Positions 51,951-64,000 of a DNA stretch of 64,000 bases are shown here, piece by piece. The position numbers and the translations under genes are program-made. Each line of letters starts with the position of its first letter. Within the stretch, counting starts at the first letter, position 1. Under the pieces are notes generated by a model. The model was not told the origin of the DNA. It worked only from the letters and a program-made list of their open reading frames with translations, and searched no databases. Origin of the DNA: Octopus sinensis (taxonomy: Eukaryota); the NCBI RefSeq assembly GCF_006345805.1, contig NC_043008.1, forward strand, positions 49,910,001-49,974,000. Direction: 5' to 3'.

Positions 51951-53248
51951 TTCAAACTATCTCCACAATGAATGTTTCATAATGATGATGATGATATTGG
52001 TCAAAATTTGGCAGAAGGACTGGAGCAATTGATTAGATCATCATTTGTCAGAACTTATCTGGTATTTACTTATTCTATCAAAGCTCTGTAAATATAAAAG
52101 AGACAAAGGCGACCTTGGCATGATTTGAACTCAAAATATAAAATGATGCAATTAAATAAAATATTGCACAGCATTTTTTTTTTCATTTTTTCTTTTTTTT
52201 TTTCTGATATTTCATTTACTGAAGAGATCAAAATTCTTTAAAAAAAATCAAAAACAATCCGTTTCCAATAGGAACCAACTGAAATTGTCGATTACCTGAA
52301 GTCTGAAGTGGAACGAAAATTTTGATAATAAATGGAGGTCAAGATGAAAAGAATAAAAAGAGAAATAAAAAAAATGATAGGAAAATTTGTTTGAAATGTT
52401 GTTTTTAAAAACATTCAGTTTGGAAGCATTTGGTGGTGGTGGGAGGGGAGTAACAGAAAAGGAAAAAATACAAAAACAAAAATATGTAAATTGTTTTGTG
52501 TTTGTGTTTTGTTCTTTATTGTCTGAAGGAAGCATCAAGAGTTGTTTAGACTGGCATCAGTGCTGTTAAGAACCACAGAGTATAGCAGCAACGGAGGCGA
52601 ATGTCTAAGATGGACGGTGGTCTATGGTTGGAAGAAAAATGAAGATGATGATGATGATGATGATGACCGGGATGGGGTGGGGTGGAGGGGAGGTTAAAAT
52701 TGTCTGTTTCACTCTCTTTTTTTTTTTTACTTGCTTTACAGTATGAGTTGAGTGTGAGAGCAGGACTGAGTGAGCCATGGTGTGTGAAATATGATGTAAA
52801 ACACATACATACATATACACATATATATATATATGTATATATATATAGTAGAACCTCAGAACCTTGTTGCGGTGGAGTCATGGAAACTGTAATTGTTCTT
52901 TTGTAAGTAATGGTAGTGGGTGGTGGTGGTGGGGTGGTGGTGGTGGTGGTGGAGTTAATGGTGGTGAAGGTATTGATGGTGATGATGGTTATTTGGGCCC
53001 CGAGAGAGGAATTCCTTGCCAGATGCTGTCATCTGAACAAAGCTTTGTTTTTCTTTTCCTTTATCCTTTGGTCTTTTTTTCTCTCTTCCTTTTTTGAAGA
53101 TTTTGTACAAATGTGATTCCAGAGACAGAGAGAGAGAATGCCAAAGCAGACAAACACGTATGCTTACACACACACACGCACACACACACACACATTCCAG
53201 TATTTGTTAACCAGGAAACCAAGACACGTTTCACCACATCCTTTCGTT

Positions 53249-53431
53249 TCAAACCGTCTCCTCTGCAATCTCCCTCTTGACTAGTGTGAATGTCTCTCGA
53301 TGGCCATTTTCGCGCACAACCTCCAACTGGGCTGGGTCATCATTGTCCTCCTCGCTGCTGTCAGCATCATGCCTGCCAGATGCCTTGTATTTAGCTTGTG
53401 CGTCTATTTGGCCCTGGATCGAGTTACGTAA
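53249..53431 (-). CDS. Last coding exon of an unidentified minus-strand gene
   Basis: Acceptor ttgttgtgtttcag|, phase 0. LRNSIQGQIDAQAKYKASGRHDADSSEEDNDDPAQLEVVRENGHRETFTLVKREIAEETV*. It is a GC-richer, non-repetitive island and joins in frame to 59585-59629. Confidence 0.75.
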   Translation of the reverse strand, partial: LRNSIQGQIDAQAKYKASGRHDADSSEEDNDDPAQLEVVRENGHRETFTLVKREIAEETV

Positions 53432-53867
53432 CTGAAACACAACAATAATTCGAAGAGATTAATATCTGCTTATGTCTGTAACAACAGTAAGGGTACAAAG
53501 AGGGGTACATGTGGTACTTAAGTCAACATCACTGCTATAAATACCTTGACTGGCTACAAAATTACAACAGTTGTTGAGCCATAGTAAGTTATAAGACAGT
53601 ACATACTACTATATATTCTTTTCTACTCTAGGCACAAAGCCTGAAATTTTTGGGGAGTTGGGGGTGGGGCAGTTGATTAGATTGACCCCAGTACGCAACT
53701 GGTACTTAATTTATCAACCCCCAAAAGGATGAAAGGCAAAGTCGATCTTGGCCAAATTTGAACTCAGAACGTAAAGACAGATGAAATATTGTTAAGCATT
53801 TTGCCTGGCGTGCTAACATTTCTGCCAACTTGCCGCCTTACACACTATTATATATTGTCAGCAACAT

Positions 53868-54170
53868 TTAATGTCCACTTTCTATGCTGATATGGGTTGG
53901 ACGGCTTGACTGGAACTGGTCAGCTGGAGAGGCTGTGCCAGGTTTCTACGGCTGGATGCCCTTCCTAACACAGACCACTCCGAGGGTGTGATGGATGCTT
54001 TTTACACGCCACCAACACCATTTCCATGACACTGGCAAAATGGCCATGGCTACAATTTCACTTGGCTTGATGAGTCTTCTCAAGCACAGCATATCTCCAA
54101 AGGTCTCAGTCACTAGTCATTGCCTTTGTGAGGCCCAATATTCGAAGATCATGCAAATGGCAAATAGCCA
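53868..54170 (-). mobile_element. RTE-related short element (tail with ggaagggcatccagc, ending in (GAT)n)
   Basis: Shares ctggatgcccttcctaac with 54205-54357 and 56505-56675. Related pieces at 33425-33770 and 55525-55880. Confidence 0.7.
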
Positions 54171-55164
54171 CAATTACGATACATATATATATATATATAT
54201 CTTATTATCATCATTTAATGTCCATGCTCCATGCTAGCATGAGTGGCATGATACTACAAGAGCCGGCCGAGGCTGAAGCCTGCACCAGACTTCTGTGACT
54301 GTTTTGGCAGGATTTTCACAGCTGGATGCCCTTACAAACACCAACCACTCAGCAGACGTATATATATATATATACAGACACACACTAGTGGTCTTGAAGC
54401 CAGAGTGGCAGGAGTTATTGCCCACTTGTAATAAATATTGCGTGTGAGAAGCCCCCTGAATAAACCACCTGGAGGAAATGTCTTCCTGGGGTTAAATGGC
54501 AATATCATTGTCTCTTAGACAACAGCCACACTAAAATGGCCATAGGCAATGTATGTATGTAGGTATGTATGTATGTATTTTGATTGAGTCAGTCTCTTGC
54601 TACTCTGAATTTCACCTGCTGGTGTACAACGTCTTCAAGTTTATTATAACTTTCTTTAATCAAAACTTATCGGAAAACCCTGTGCCTCCACAGGTGTAAT
54701 TCAGAGTAGTAAAAGACTGACTCAACCAAAATACAAACAGTATGGTACCAAGTACTCTTCCTTCCAATAGTAAACACTAAGTGTGCGTATTACTGGACCT
54801 TTCCAAAATCTTTAAACCAGAAATAATGTTTTGCAGAAACATTAAGGTGAAAAAAAAAGGTAGGTTATTAAGTGTGATTTGTGTGACCCCCAAATAAAAC
54901 ATGTTAGAATCAACAGGTATTAACAGAAGACGACAATTTATGATATAAAAAAAACCACCTTGGTATTGGTAATATTTACCTCTTTTAATCCAACGACACC
55001 AACTAGTTTACCAATATTGGTTACAAACGCATGACTGAGACCTAATAGTGAAAATAAAGAATGGACCTGCAAGAAATAAGAGAGAAAAAAACAATATTAA
55101 CCTTAAATTTCGTTTCCTCTTTTACATGAAATACCAGATTAGTTAATACATCCATTAACATATA

Positions 55165-55408
55165 AGGGTTGGCCAAAAGTCACCCAACTGTAAATCAAAA
55201 TTCCATAAATATTTATTATTCAATTTTATTTATTCACTCCAATTATGAATGCTTAATAATCGAATGCTGTGAATTAAAATCACTGTTTTTTTTTTTTTTG
55301 CAACATTTGCCTATTTATTAGCAAAGTCTCATGTGAAATAATCTTTTGTTTTAATCTTGGAATTAAATGGGTTTTGATTTACTGTCAGGTGACTTTTGGC
55401 CAACCCTG
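55165..55408. mobile_element. Tc1/mariner MITE
   Basis: Perfect 20-bp TIRs agggttggccaaaagtcacc / ggtgacttttggccaaccct. TA on the left side. Confidence 0.85.
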
Positions 55409-58400
55409 AATGTATGTATATGTGTGTGTGAGTGTGTGTGCGCATGAATCTCTCCTTGTCTTAACATCACAAGATAGTTATAAACAAAACGTTAGCATTA
55501 TACAATTAAAGTCCCTTGTTTCCAATCATCATCATCACCGTTTAACTTGCTTCAACAGGTCTTTGCAAGCAGAGTTTAGTGTCCAATGAAGGAAAGGTAT
55601 GCATAAGTGGGCTGGTTACACTCCTGGCATAGGCCACAGGTTATGGTCTCACTTGGCTTACCAGGTCTTCTCAAGCACAACATATTTCCAAAGGTCTCGG
55701 TCAATAGTCATTGCCTCGGTTACCACTAGTCACCACCTCATCCCAGGTCTTCCTGGATCTACCTCTTCCACAGGTTCCCTCAACTGCTGGGGTGTGGTAC
55801 TTTTTCACACAGCTATCCTCATCCATTTTCACCACATGATCATACCAGCGCAGTCGTCTCTCTTATGTTCTCAGTTCAAATCTTGTTAAGGCCATCTTTA
55901 TACGACAGTGTACACATTGGTTTCAAATTATGGTACAAGGACAGCAAGGAAGTAAATCAATTACTTCGGTGGAGTTTGAACTCAGTATCTAAAGATAAAT
56001 ATAATGCCACTAAGCATTCTGCCAGTTCACTGTCATGGAACACATATTGACAGTCTGACATGGAATCACTCCATGGCTGATTGAAATACTAGGAACACAG
56101 CAGCTAAACCTTCCTCAAATTATAGCTTAATATTTTGAAAAAGAAGAGGACAAATTAGACAAAAGTAGTCCTCTACATACAATAATACAGAATGGTCATG
56201 GCTGGAACGTCTTTGATCACGAGTTTGTTTAAACAGGTCTGAATTGGAACAAAAACAACCAGAACATTCTGAAACGAAACCAATTCCATGACTGTACCGA
56301 TTCCCATAAGGGTAACATCATTTTAACCCTTAAGCATTTAAACTGGCCACATCCAGTCAAAATATTCTGTCTCCCTGATGTTCCAACAAACCATATCCAA
56401 CATCTCACACCTACTCTACAATGTCATAGTAAAAGTAAATAATCACGTCATTGAAATCGTGAAGCCCCAAGACAATACATGATTAATTACAATCAATCAT
56501 CATCATCATCGTTTAACATCCGCTTTCCATGCTAGCATGGGTTGGACGATTTTCACTGAGGGCTGGCAAACCAGATGGCTGCACCAGACTCCAATCTTGA
56601 TCTGGCAGAGTTTCTACAGCTGGATGCCCTTCCTAACGCCAACCACTCCGAGAGTGTAGTGGATGCTTTTTACATATTATATTTGACAGAGTAATCTGAA
56701 TGCTAAAGGGTTAACAAATCCTGTTAACTGCATTAATTACTGACCTTATGTAAAGATGTCTTCTCTACCAACTGGAAAGGTGCTGGATCAATCTGACACC
56801 CTTCCCAATTTATCTGCTCATTCAGTAGACTTCTTTCTTTGTCTTTATCCTGACAAAAGGAAAGAGAAAAAAATAAATGAAGAAAATGAAAATTTAAAAC
56901 ATGGAATGTCAAGAGTTGTTTTCTATTCTAAATTAAAAGTTTTTAAAACTAATAAATAGGTGTACAAATGAATGGACGACCAGAATTAATATTTAACCCT
57001 ATCACTGCAAAATTAGATTCCATGGCTATTCCACTAATGACATTAAATAACTACCAAAAAAAAACAAAAACAAAAAAAAACAATAGAAGTTACGTTGTCT
57101 CAATAAACTTGATATTATCTCAACAGCATTCAAAACAACATAGCCAAGTTAAGTAGGATGTGCTGATTAATATTCATTACAAAGACTGTTTGTGTCACTA
57201 ACAGCTAAGTTATACACAACCTGCCAGCTTTATGCAACATCACTGACTGTTTAGTCGGTGTTAAATTATATCAGTTTGATGGAATTTCAATCTGGCATTT
57301 GGTGGTAGGGTATCTTCTGCTGATGAGGTACAAACGACACTGAAATTATGTGATACTGATGAAATTTCATCTGCTGGTGTAGTCTGTGTTTTTTTAACAC
57401 TTAATGTCAATACGAGATGATTTCTCGCAATGAGTACCACAGTCTATGGTATTCAATACACATTCCAAGTTGAGGTGGATATGCAAATTAATAATCATGA
57501 CAAAGGTTGCTTCTGTTGCTAATGGCTGATGTCATTCTTCAACAAAAGACAGATTGGATTATAAAACTGCTTTCCGCAGTTAAGGGTAAAGAAAAATCGA
57601 TTGGATGTATCTGATTCCCACAGGAAAAGGGTTAATAACTGAACCCTCAATTTGAGCCAACAGATGTGCAAATGTGAATTAATCAGAATTGTTTACGATA
57701 AATCAACAGATGCACAGATGTGCATAATGAACAGACTTACAAATGCATATTTCCCAACAATTGCACAATGTATGGTAACAAAGACAACCATCAAGGCAAG
57801 GCACATGGATTAGTAGACAGTGTATGAGTTTACAATAATGTGTGTTAGTGTAAGTATCTATGAGTTAGTATATGTACTTTGAGTAAGTATGTATGTATAG
57901 GGGCATGCATAATAATACAATATGTTCATATTGGATTGGACTGGATTGGATTGGATTGGGTTGGATTGGACTGGCTATGTTTGGTCCACTGCAGAACAAT
58001 GGCCTCAGCATGTTCTCTCCACCAACAAATGTCTGATGTGTACACCAGGAATTTAAGCTTGAGATCATACTGGTCTGATGTGCTTACTCTGGTCACACTG
58101 GCTCAACATAGCTGGGTAGCAGGGTGCAGTTTTTTTTATATTCATACTCAGAAGTAGTTAAATTTTTGTATGAAACTATATATTTGAAAAAAAAAATGAA
58201 TAAAAATGACATTTCAGATCATTTTTTACCCCTTTACAATCTGTAAACCTTTAATCTTTAAAGTGGGAAAAATTATCACAAACGTCATTCTTATTCATTT
58301 CTTCAAATATATACTATATGGCACTAAGGATTTTCTATATTTCTACTACATATATATATTTGTGTGCGCGTGTGTGTGTATGTACATATGTAAATATATG

Positions 58401-58639
58401 CACATGTTTATGTGTGTCTATATAAATACATGTATATACATGTATGTGTATACACATGTGTAAGTTCAACTAAACATACATATGTACACGTATGTTACAG
58501 CAAGTACATGTACCTGTGTGTTTGTTTCGCTGTGGTACCTCGAATGAGGTACAATTTCATACAGAATGCTACTTATGTTTGATTGCTGTGGATGTAAGAC
58601 ACACCAAAGACACAGCTGTGACACACGTGTGATACAAGT

Positions 58640-59120
58640 ATAACACATCTAAGACACATCAATTGTTATATTTTAGTTACAAGTGAGACATACATAAACA
58701 TATCTAAGACATATTTAAGACACTTCCCAGTCACATGAAATGCCTACAATATCTAGGACATATGTAAAACACATTTAATATACACTAAAGACACATTTCA
58801 GACATGTCAAAGACACATGATAAGACTCATCTTAAACACGCCATAGACATATCTCAGCCACGTTGAGACATGTGCAAGACATATGTAAGACACATCTCAG
58901 GCATATGCATGACATGGTGTTGTTTAAGACACGAGACACATCTCAGATACACCAGAGACATATCTCAAACATAAATGAGACATTTGTAAGACACATGTAA
59001 GAGACACATCTCAGATATATGTCAGACATAGTAGACACAGGTAAGACACATCTCAGATACATCTAAGACATATCTTAGTTACAAGAAACACTTCTAAAAT
59101 ACATGTAAGAAACATCTAAG
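58640..59120. repeat. Degenerate AGACAC/AGACAT-rich minisatellite
   Basis: Dozens of agacac, agacat and acatct motifs at irregular spacing. Confidence 0.75.
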
Positions 59121-59584
59121 TATGGTCACAGCTAGAAGACTTTTGATCACAGATCTGCTCAATCAGAAATCACCCAGGAGTTAACGACTGTCAACTCTTT
59201 CTGGTTCTCCATGTCATTGCATCGAGGAACCAGAGTGAAGAAGCAGGAGGATCCTCATCATCCCATCCCATCCCTAATACCAAGAATTAATATTGCAATT
59301 GGACAGTAACAAAAGACTAAGGATTAATGGATAACCATGAATATAATGAAGTATGTTGCTCAAGCTTTTGTAAGCTTGGGGAGGTATAGGGGTGGAAAGT
59401 TTAAACACCCCCACCCCTAAACACTTCAGGGAGAGCTGAAAGGAGAGCAGCTCTATTGATGCCTTTCCCAAGGTTTGAAAAGCTTCAGTCAGGAATTGAA
59501 CCTGAATACCCAGAGTTAGATCATTAAGAAGCTAATTACTTTATATGCTATGCCTCTATTCCTTCTAGTCTAAAGACGGCTTAC

Positions 59585-59629
59585 CTTTACGTCTTCTTGG
59601 TGGACAGATTTTCGATTCTGTTTAAAAGG
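59585..59629 (-). CDS. 45-nt internal exon of the unidentified minus-strand gene
   Basis: Acceptor ctcctcttcgcag| after about 300 nt of pyrimidines, donor aag|gtaagc. PFKQNRKSVHQEDVK, phase 0 out. Confidence 0.7.
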
Positions 59630-60110
59630 CTGCGAAGAGGAGGGTGAGAAAGAAGAGGAGGAGAGAGAGAGGCACAGGAGAAAGAAGAGGAGGAGGAGGA
59701 GGAGGAAGAGGAAAAAGAATGAAGATGGAGAATAAAGAAATATAAACAGATAAAGGTGAATAAGAAAAAGAAAAGTGAAAAAAAAATAAGAAAAAGAACA
59801 AAGAAAAAGAAAGAAAAGTCAAACATTCAGGAAAATTGGTAAAAGCGAAAAGAAAAGAAAGCAAGAAGGAAAGAGAGGAAGAGAGGAAGAAAAGAAAAGC
59901 AAAAGTGAGGAGGAAGAAGAAAGAAGGAAAAGAAACAATGATTAGTAAAAAGGTTATAATTAATTAATTAATATTTATTAATAAGTTAAATACACATTTG
60001 TCTTTGTTAATGGTTCCCCAATTAATTTCTTTTAATTACAATTCATCTTTAGAGTAAGAAAAAATAGTTTTTGACACATTTTATGCACACCACTGAAAGA
60101 AGATAATACA

Positions 60111-60485
60111 TTTTAGCCTATACATTATGTCATATATTTTAGCCTATACATTATGTCATATATTTTAGCCTATACATTATGTCATATTTTAGCCTATACA
60201 TTATGTCATATATTTTAGCCTATACATTATGTCATATTTTAGCCTATACATTATGTCATATATTTTAGCCTATACATTATGTCATATATTTTAGCCTATA
60301 CATTATGTCATATATTTTAGCCTATACATTATGTCATATATTTTAGCCTATACATTATGTCATATATTTTAGCCTATACATTATGTCATATATTTTAGCC
60401 TATACATTATGTCATATATTTTAGCCTATACATTCACTCATATTGTTTTAGCCTATACACACTTTCATATATTTTAGTCTATAAT
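60111..60485. repeat. 26-bp minisatellite (ttttagcctatacattatgtcatata), about 13 copies
   Basis: Near-identical units, two shortened to 24 bp, decaying at the right end. Confidence 0.95.
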
Positions 60486-62682
60486 TATAAATACTTTAAA
60501 CTTGAGACAATTATTCAAAACAAGATTCATTTAATAAATTAAGCTATGAAAATTTTAAATTTGTATTTTTCGCATTATATTAAATATGAAATTTTAATAT
60601 CTGTGCCCATGGCAAAGCACAAATACTATGTCACATCTTCAGGGAACCACTGGCTTGCAGCAACATCACTTTTATTTCCCTCCCCCCACTCTCTTATATA
60701 TACACACATCATGTGTATGTGTGTGCATATATTATAAATATACATTAAAACAAAGACTGGAATTTATGGTACTTTAGTTACACATGTTTCATTACAAGAT
60801 GAGGACAGCTTGGATCATAATCCTTTCTATATACAATATATCCATATCCACACACACGCACACACACACACACACATACACACACACACACACACGTTCA
60901 GTTTATTTAACCATTTAAAGCTAAAGATTCACTTACGCGTGTTTCAATGTATGTGTGATACAAAAGCATAGAAGTGCTCAATACACCTCAGAGTTAGTTG
61001 TGTGTAGAGTCTATTACGTGTGTGTGTGTGTGTTGTGTGTGTGTGTGTGTGTGTTATGTAAAGTAAACAGAAATACATATCCGAACCAAGGTTTCAATCA
61101 AATGGTCTTCTAATCAACTAGGTAGAGGCAAAACCGAGGGAATAGTAATTATCATGATGCCAACTGTGACCACCTCTACTATGGTCACCACCAAAACATT
61201 CAGGTGAAGACTAGATCCAAGGGGAGGGGAAGCTTTTATATGGTCACACAACATGCTAAAAATAGCAACTAAATCCCTCAGTCAAATCACATTCTGCCAG
61301 AAGAAGAAGATATTGGACAGTGAGTGAAGTTTGAGGTAAACTATGTTTGAGAAGACGAGATGGTCATGGCTGGAATGCTTTTCATCAAAGTTTGGACTGG
61401 GATGAAACAACAGCCAGAACTATAGAAAACCAATGGGAGAACCATTAAAAGCTCACACACATGCTAGAAATAACAGTTAAGTCCCCCCATATCACCTGTA
61501 ACTGTTCAAGAAAATGACAAGCAAAGGACACTTTGGATAATGCAGTCTGGGATGAACTGTGTCTGAACAGACTGGAGAGTTATGGCTGGAAAGCCTCACA
61601 AGTCTGCTTGATGAGAGCACACCTGAAGCTAAAGAACAACAGGAAAATCCTGAGCAAGGAGGAATATACCTCATCCCTAGACTACTACGCAGCATGTCAT
61701 GCAACTACACTGGATCAGAATGCACACCACTACATCACCTGTGTTATATATAGAGTGACAACAACTACTGTAGCCAAACCATCTGTGCATGCTTCAGTTG
61801 TTATTGCCTCAAGAACTTAAAATCACAATTGAGGGAGCTTCTACATGGTTATTCAAAATGCTAAAAATAACAGTTAAATCTCTATCAAATCACACCAGCT
61901 TAAAAAAACAAAAATATTTGATGATATCGTACTTCTATTCAGTTATTGCTTATCCATAACTGGATGAAAGCCTCCACATGCCATTGCAAACTGATCTGTT
62001 TAGGTTATAGGCCCACCTATCCATGCTTGGCTAGTTGTATTTTGAACAAGGTACTCTCATGATCAGATGATTAATAGCTCTGACCCCTTGTACCCTGGTG
62101 GAATTGGAACTCAGAATGTGAAACACTGGCACCCAACACTAGCCATTCTTCCAATCCACGACAATGGACTGGCACTTTATCTATCAGCCCTGATATTATC
62201 TAAGGGAAAGGTAAAAGATGATACAGCTTGGCACCAGTGATGTCGCAACTCATTTCTACAGCTGAGTGAACTGGAGCAACATGAAATAAAGTGTCTTGCT
62301 CAAGAACACAACACACGGCCCAGTCCAGGAATTGAACTCACAACGCTCTAACCGCTGAGCCATGCAACTTCATGAGAGTTACAGAACAACAACAATACCC
62401 CCCCCCCTATATTTCAATAAGAGACCAGTTTGATAATGACAGAATAACCAGCTTGAGGAATGGACAAATGTTAATATGGTTGGATTTTTGTTGTTTTTCT
62501 GTTGTTTTGTGTTATTTTCAACTTGAGTTTTTACATACCACAAAAAAAAAATTTATATACATACCACTTTGAATAATTTACTCAAGGACTCTGGCATACT
62601 GGTTTTCTGAAATGCAGTGAATAATAATAATAATAATGATAATAATAATAATAACAACAACAACAACAGCAACAGCAACAGC

Positions 62683-62713
<31 letters not shown>

Positions 62714-62728
62714 CCACCACCACCACCA

Positions 62729-62905
62729 GGACTTACAAATATATACAACATACAAAAAATTGCACTACTGGGCACTGCACACATCCTACGCAAAACACTT
62801 TCAATACCATAAGAGATTAACAGCTAACAACAGCACATACCCAAGGCACCCAGAGCTGCGCTCGGTAGTGAAGTGAAAGCAAGATATAAAAATAGAACTA
62901 CTGAA
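62729..62905 (+). mobile_element. 5'-truncated R4/Dong-type LINE end within (AAC/AAT)n
   Basis: GLTNIYNIQKIALLGTAHILRKTLSIP* followed by a short UTR and (AAT)n. Confidence 0.8.
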
Positions 62906-63244
62906 TAATAATAATAATAACAACAACAACAACAACAACAATAATAACAATAATAATAATAATAACAAAAACAATAACATCAACAACAGTGCATCTGGCA
63001 CAATACCCAAAATGCCATCTGAAAGACAGAAAGAAAATGGAACTGAAACTTTCACTGTCAACCTGCAGAAAAGTACCATCTTATATTCTGTAAGAAACTG
63101 GAGAAAAATTCTTGAGATTTGAAGAGACTTTATTGTCGTCAAACTCAAGATAAACTACCTGCTGATTAAATTTGCATGCATTTGAACAACAACAACAATA
63201 ACAATAATAACAACAACAACAACAATAACAATAATGATAATAAT

Positions 63245-63815
63245 AAATGCCCTGATACAGTACCAGGCAGTGGCTCTCATGGCTGCTGATCTTAACTGAT
63301 TGGAAGTGTTATCATGTACATTGTTTTGTCTTGGTATAAAAGATGGGCTACAGCAAATATTCTGCTCAATACCACAGATTTGCTTGTCAGTTGTTTGACC
63401 GTAACCAGTTGAGCATGTCCCTTAGTGGCTGACTATTTGTGCATCTCTGATCATGAGCAAAAGTAGTGGGGGAGCATCATAGCCATGTGTTGAGAGGGAT
63501 TCTTTGGGGTTTGAATAATTCACCTTTGGAAACAGGGGTATTTCATTCAACATCCTTAAACAATCCTTATTTAGGGACCTTTTGAGCAGGATGGGCTACT
63601 TGACCAGAAGAAAATTTTAACTGGGTCCCACCTGCAAGGTCATGCGCTGTTTATCTTGATATGAGATCACCATGTCGCGCACATATGGTTGTGATGTATG
63701 TGCCTGGTGTACCCTTATCAGACGGGTAGTCATGATGGGTATACTGGGCTTCGTATATTTTACCCCAGTGTCACTTTGATGGCATGCACTGCTCTCTCAC
63801 TCACTCAATAATAAT
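63245..63815. mobile_element. Second copy of the TAA-flanked element of about 560 bp
   Basis: Reverse complement of 45566-46125. Confidence 0.85.
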
Positions 63816-63829
63816 AATAATAATAATTA

Positions 63830-63960
63830 TACAGAAGACATCACTTCTGGTATAGCAAGGATTTTAAGGAAAGCCATGAGAATGTAAAGCACAAGGACCC
63901 ATTGTCGACTTCTCGCTGACTGCTCCCTAGTGGAAATGTCTGGACCATTTAGCTTCTAAG
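63830..63960 (+). mobile_element. R4/Dong-type LINE C-terminal fragment after (AAT)n
   Basis: IQKTSLL(fs)IARILRKAMRM*, the same motif as 62729-62905. Confidence 0.65.
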
Positions 63961-64000
63961 TATCTGAGATTTACAAAACTGACAATGACAATCCTTTCTA

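Noticed and set aside
57316-57346. CTGATGA ... GAAA resembling a hammerhead
   Set aside because: Stem II does not pair beyond three weak pairs and there is no helix III or stem I.
57200-57435. About 60 open codons on the minus strand as a possible alternative last exon
   Set aside because: The acceptor is weak, there is no recognisable motif, and the length is within chance expectation.
60111-60485. Regular repeats as a possible CRISPR array (also 21806-21866)
   Set aside because: There are no unique spacers and the context is eukaryotic.
62980-63110. Two good-looking minus-strand acceptors as further exons of the unknown gene
   Set aside because: No convincing donor or protein-like frame was found, and the sequence runs into trinucleotide repeats.

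Overview
AT-rich, microsatellite-dense animal genomic DNA. The repeat families look like those of Octopus (inference from recognised SINE sequences, not a database result). Two protein-coding genes point tail to tail. (1) On the + strand are the last six coding exons of an ADAMTS-like extracellular matrix gene of the ADAMTSL4/THSD4 type: end of the spacer, a 240-aa Tyr/Arg/Pro/Asn/His-rich insert, six TSP1 repeats and a PLAC domain. Its 5' exons lie outside the window. The penultimate exon is one base short, exactly at an in-frame U_UUA_AAC heptamer. This is most likely an assembly indel, but a null allele or -1 frameshifting is testable. (2) On the - strand are the last two coding exons of an unidentified gene. 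The rest is intron or intergenic DNA filled with tRNA-derived SINEs, LINE fragments (RTE, R4/Dong, possibly CRE and Penelope), Tc1/mariner and hAT relics, MITEs, a 5S rRNA pseudogene and simple repeats. The most striking unannotated signals are: several minimal type I hammerhead ribozyme folds with palindromic helix III (Penelope-type; two with intact cores, three with a shared variant core, four in sense orientation in the ADAMTSL introns); a series of perfect or near-perfect fold-back repeats next to (TA)n tracts; and a sharp drop in CpG content at about 44.5 kb. All folds, alignments and counts were done by eye.
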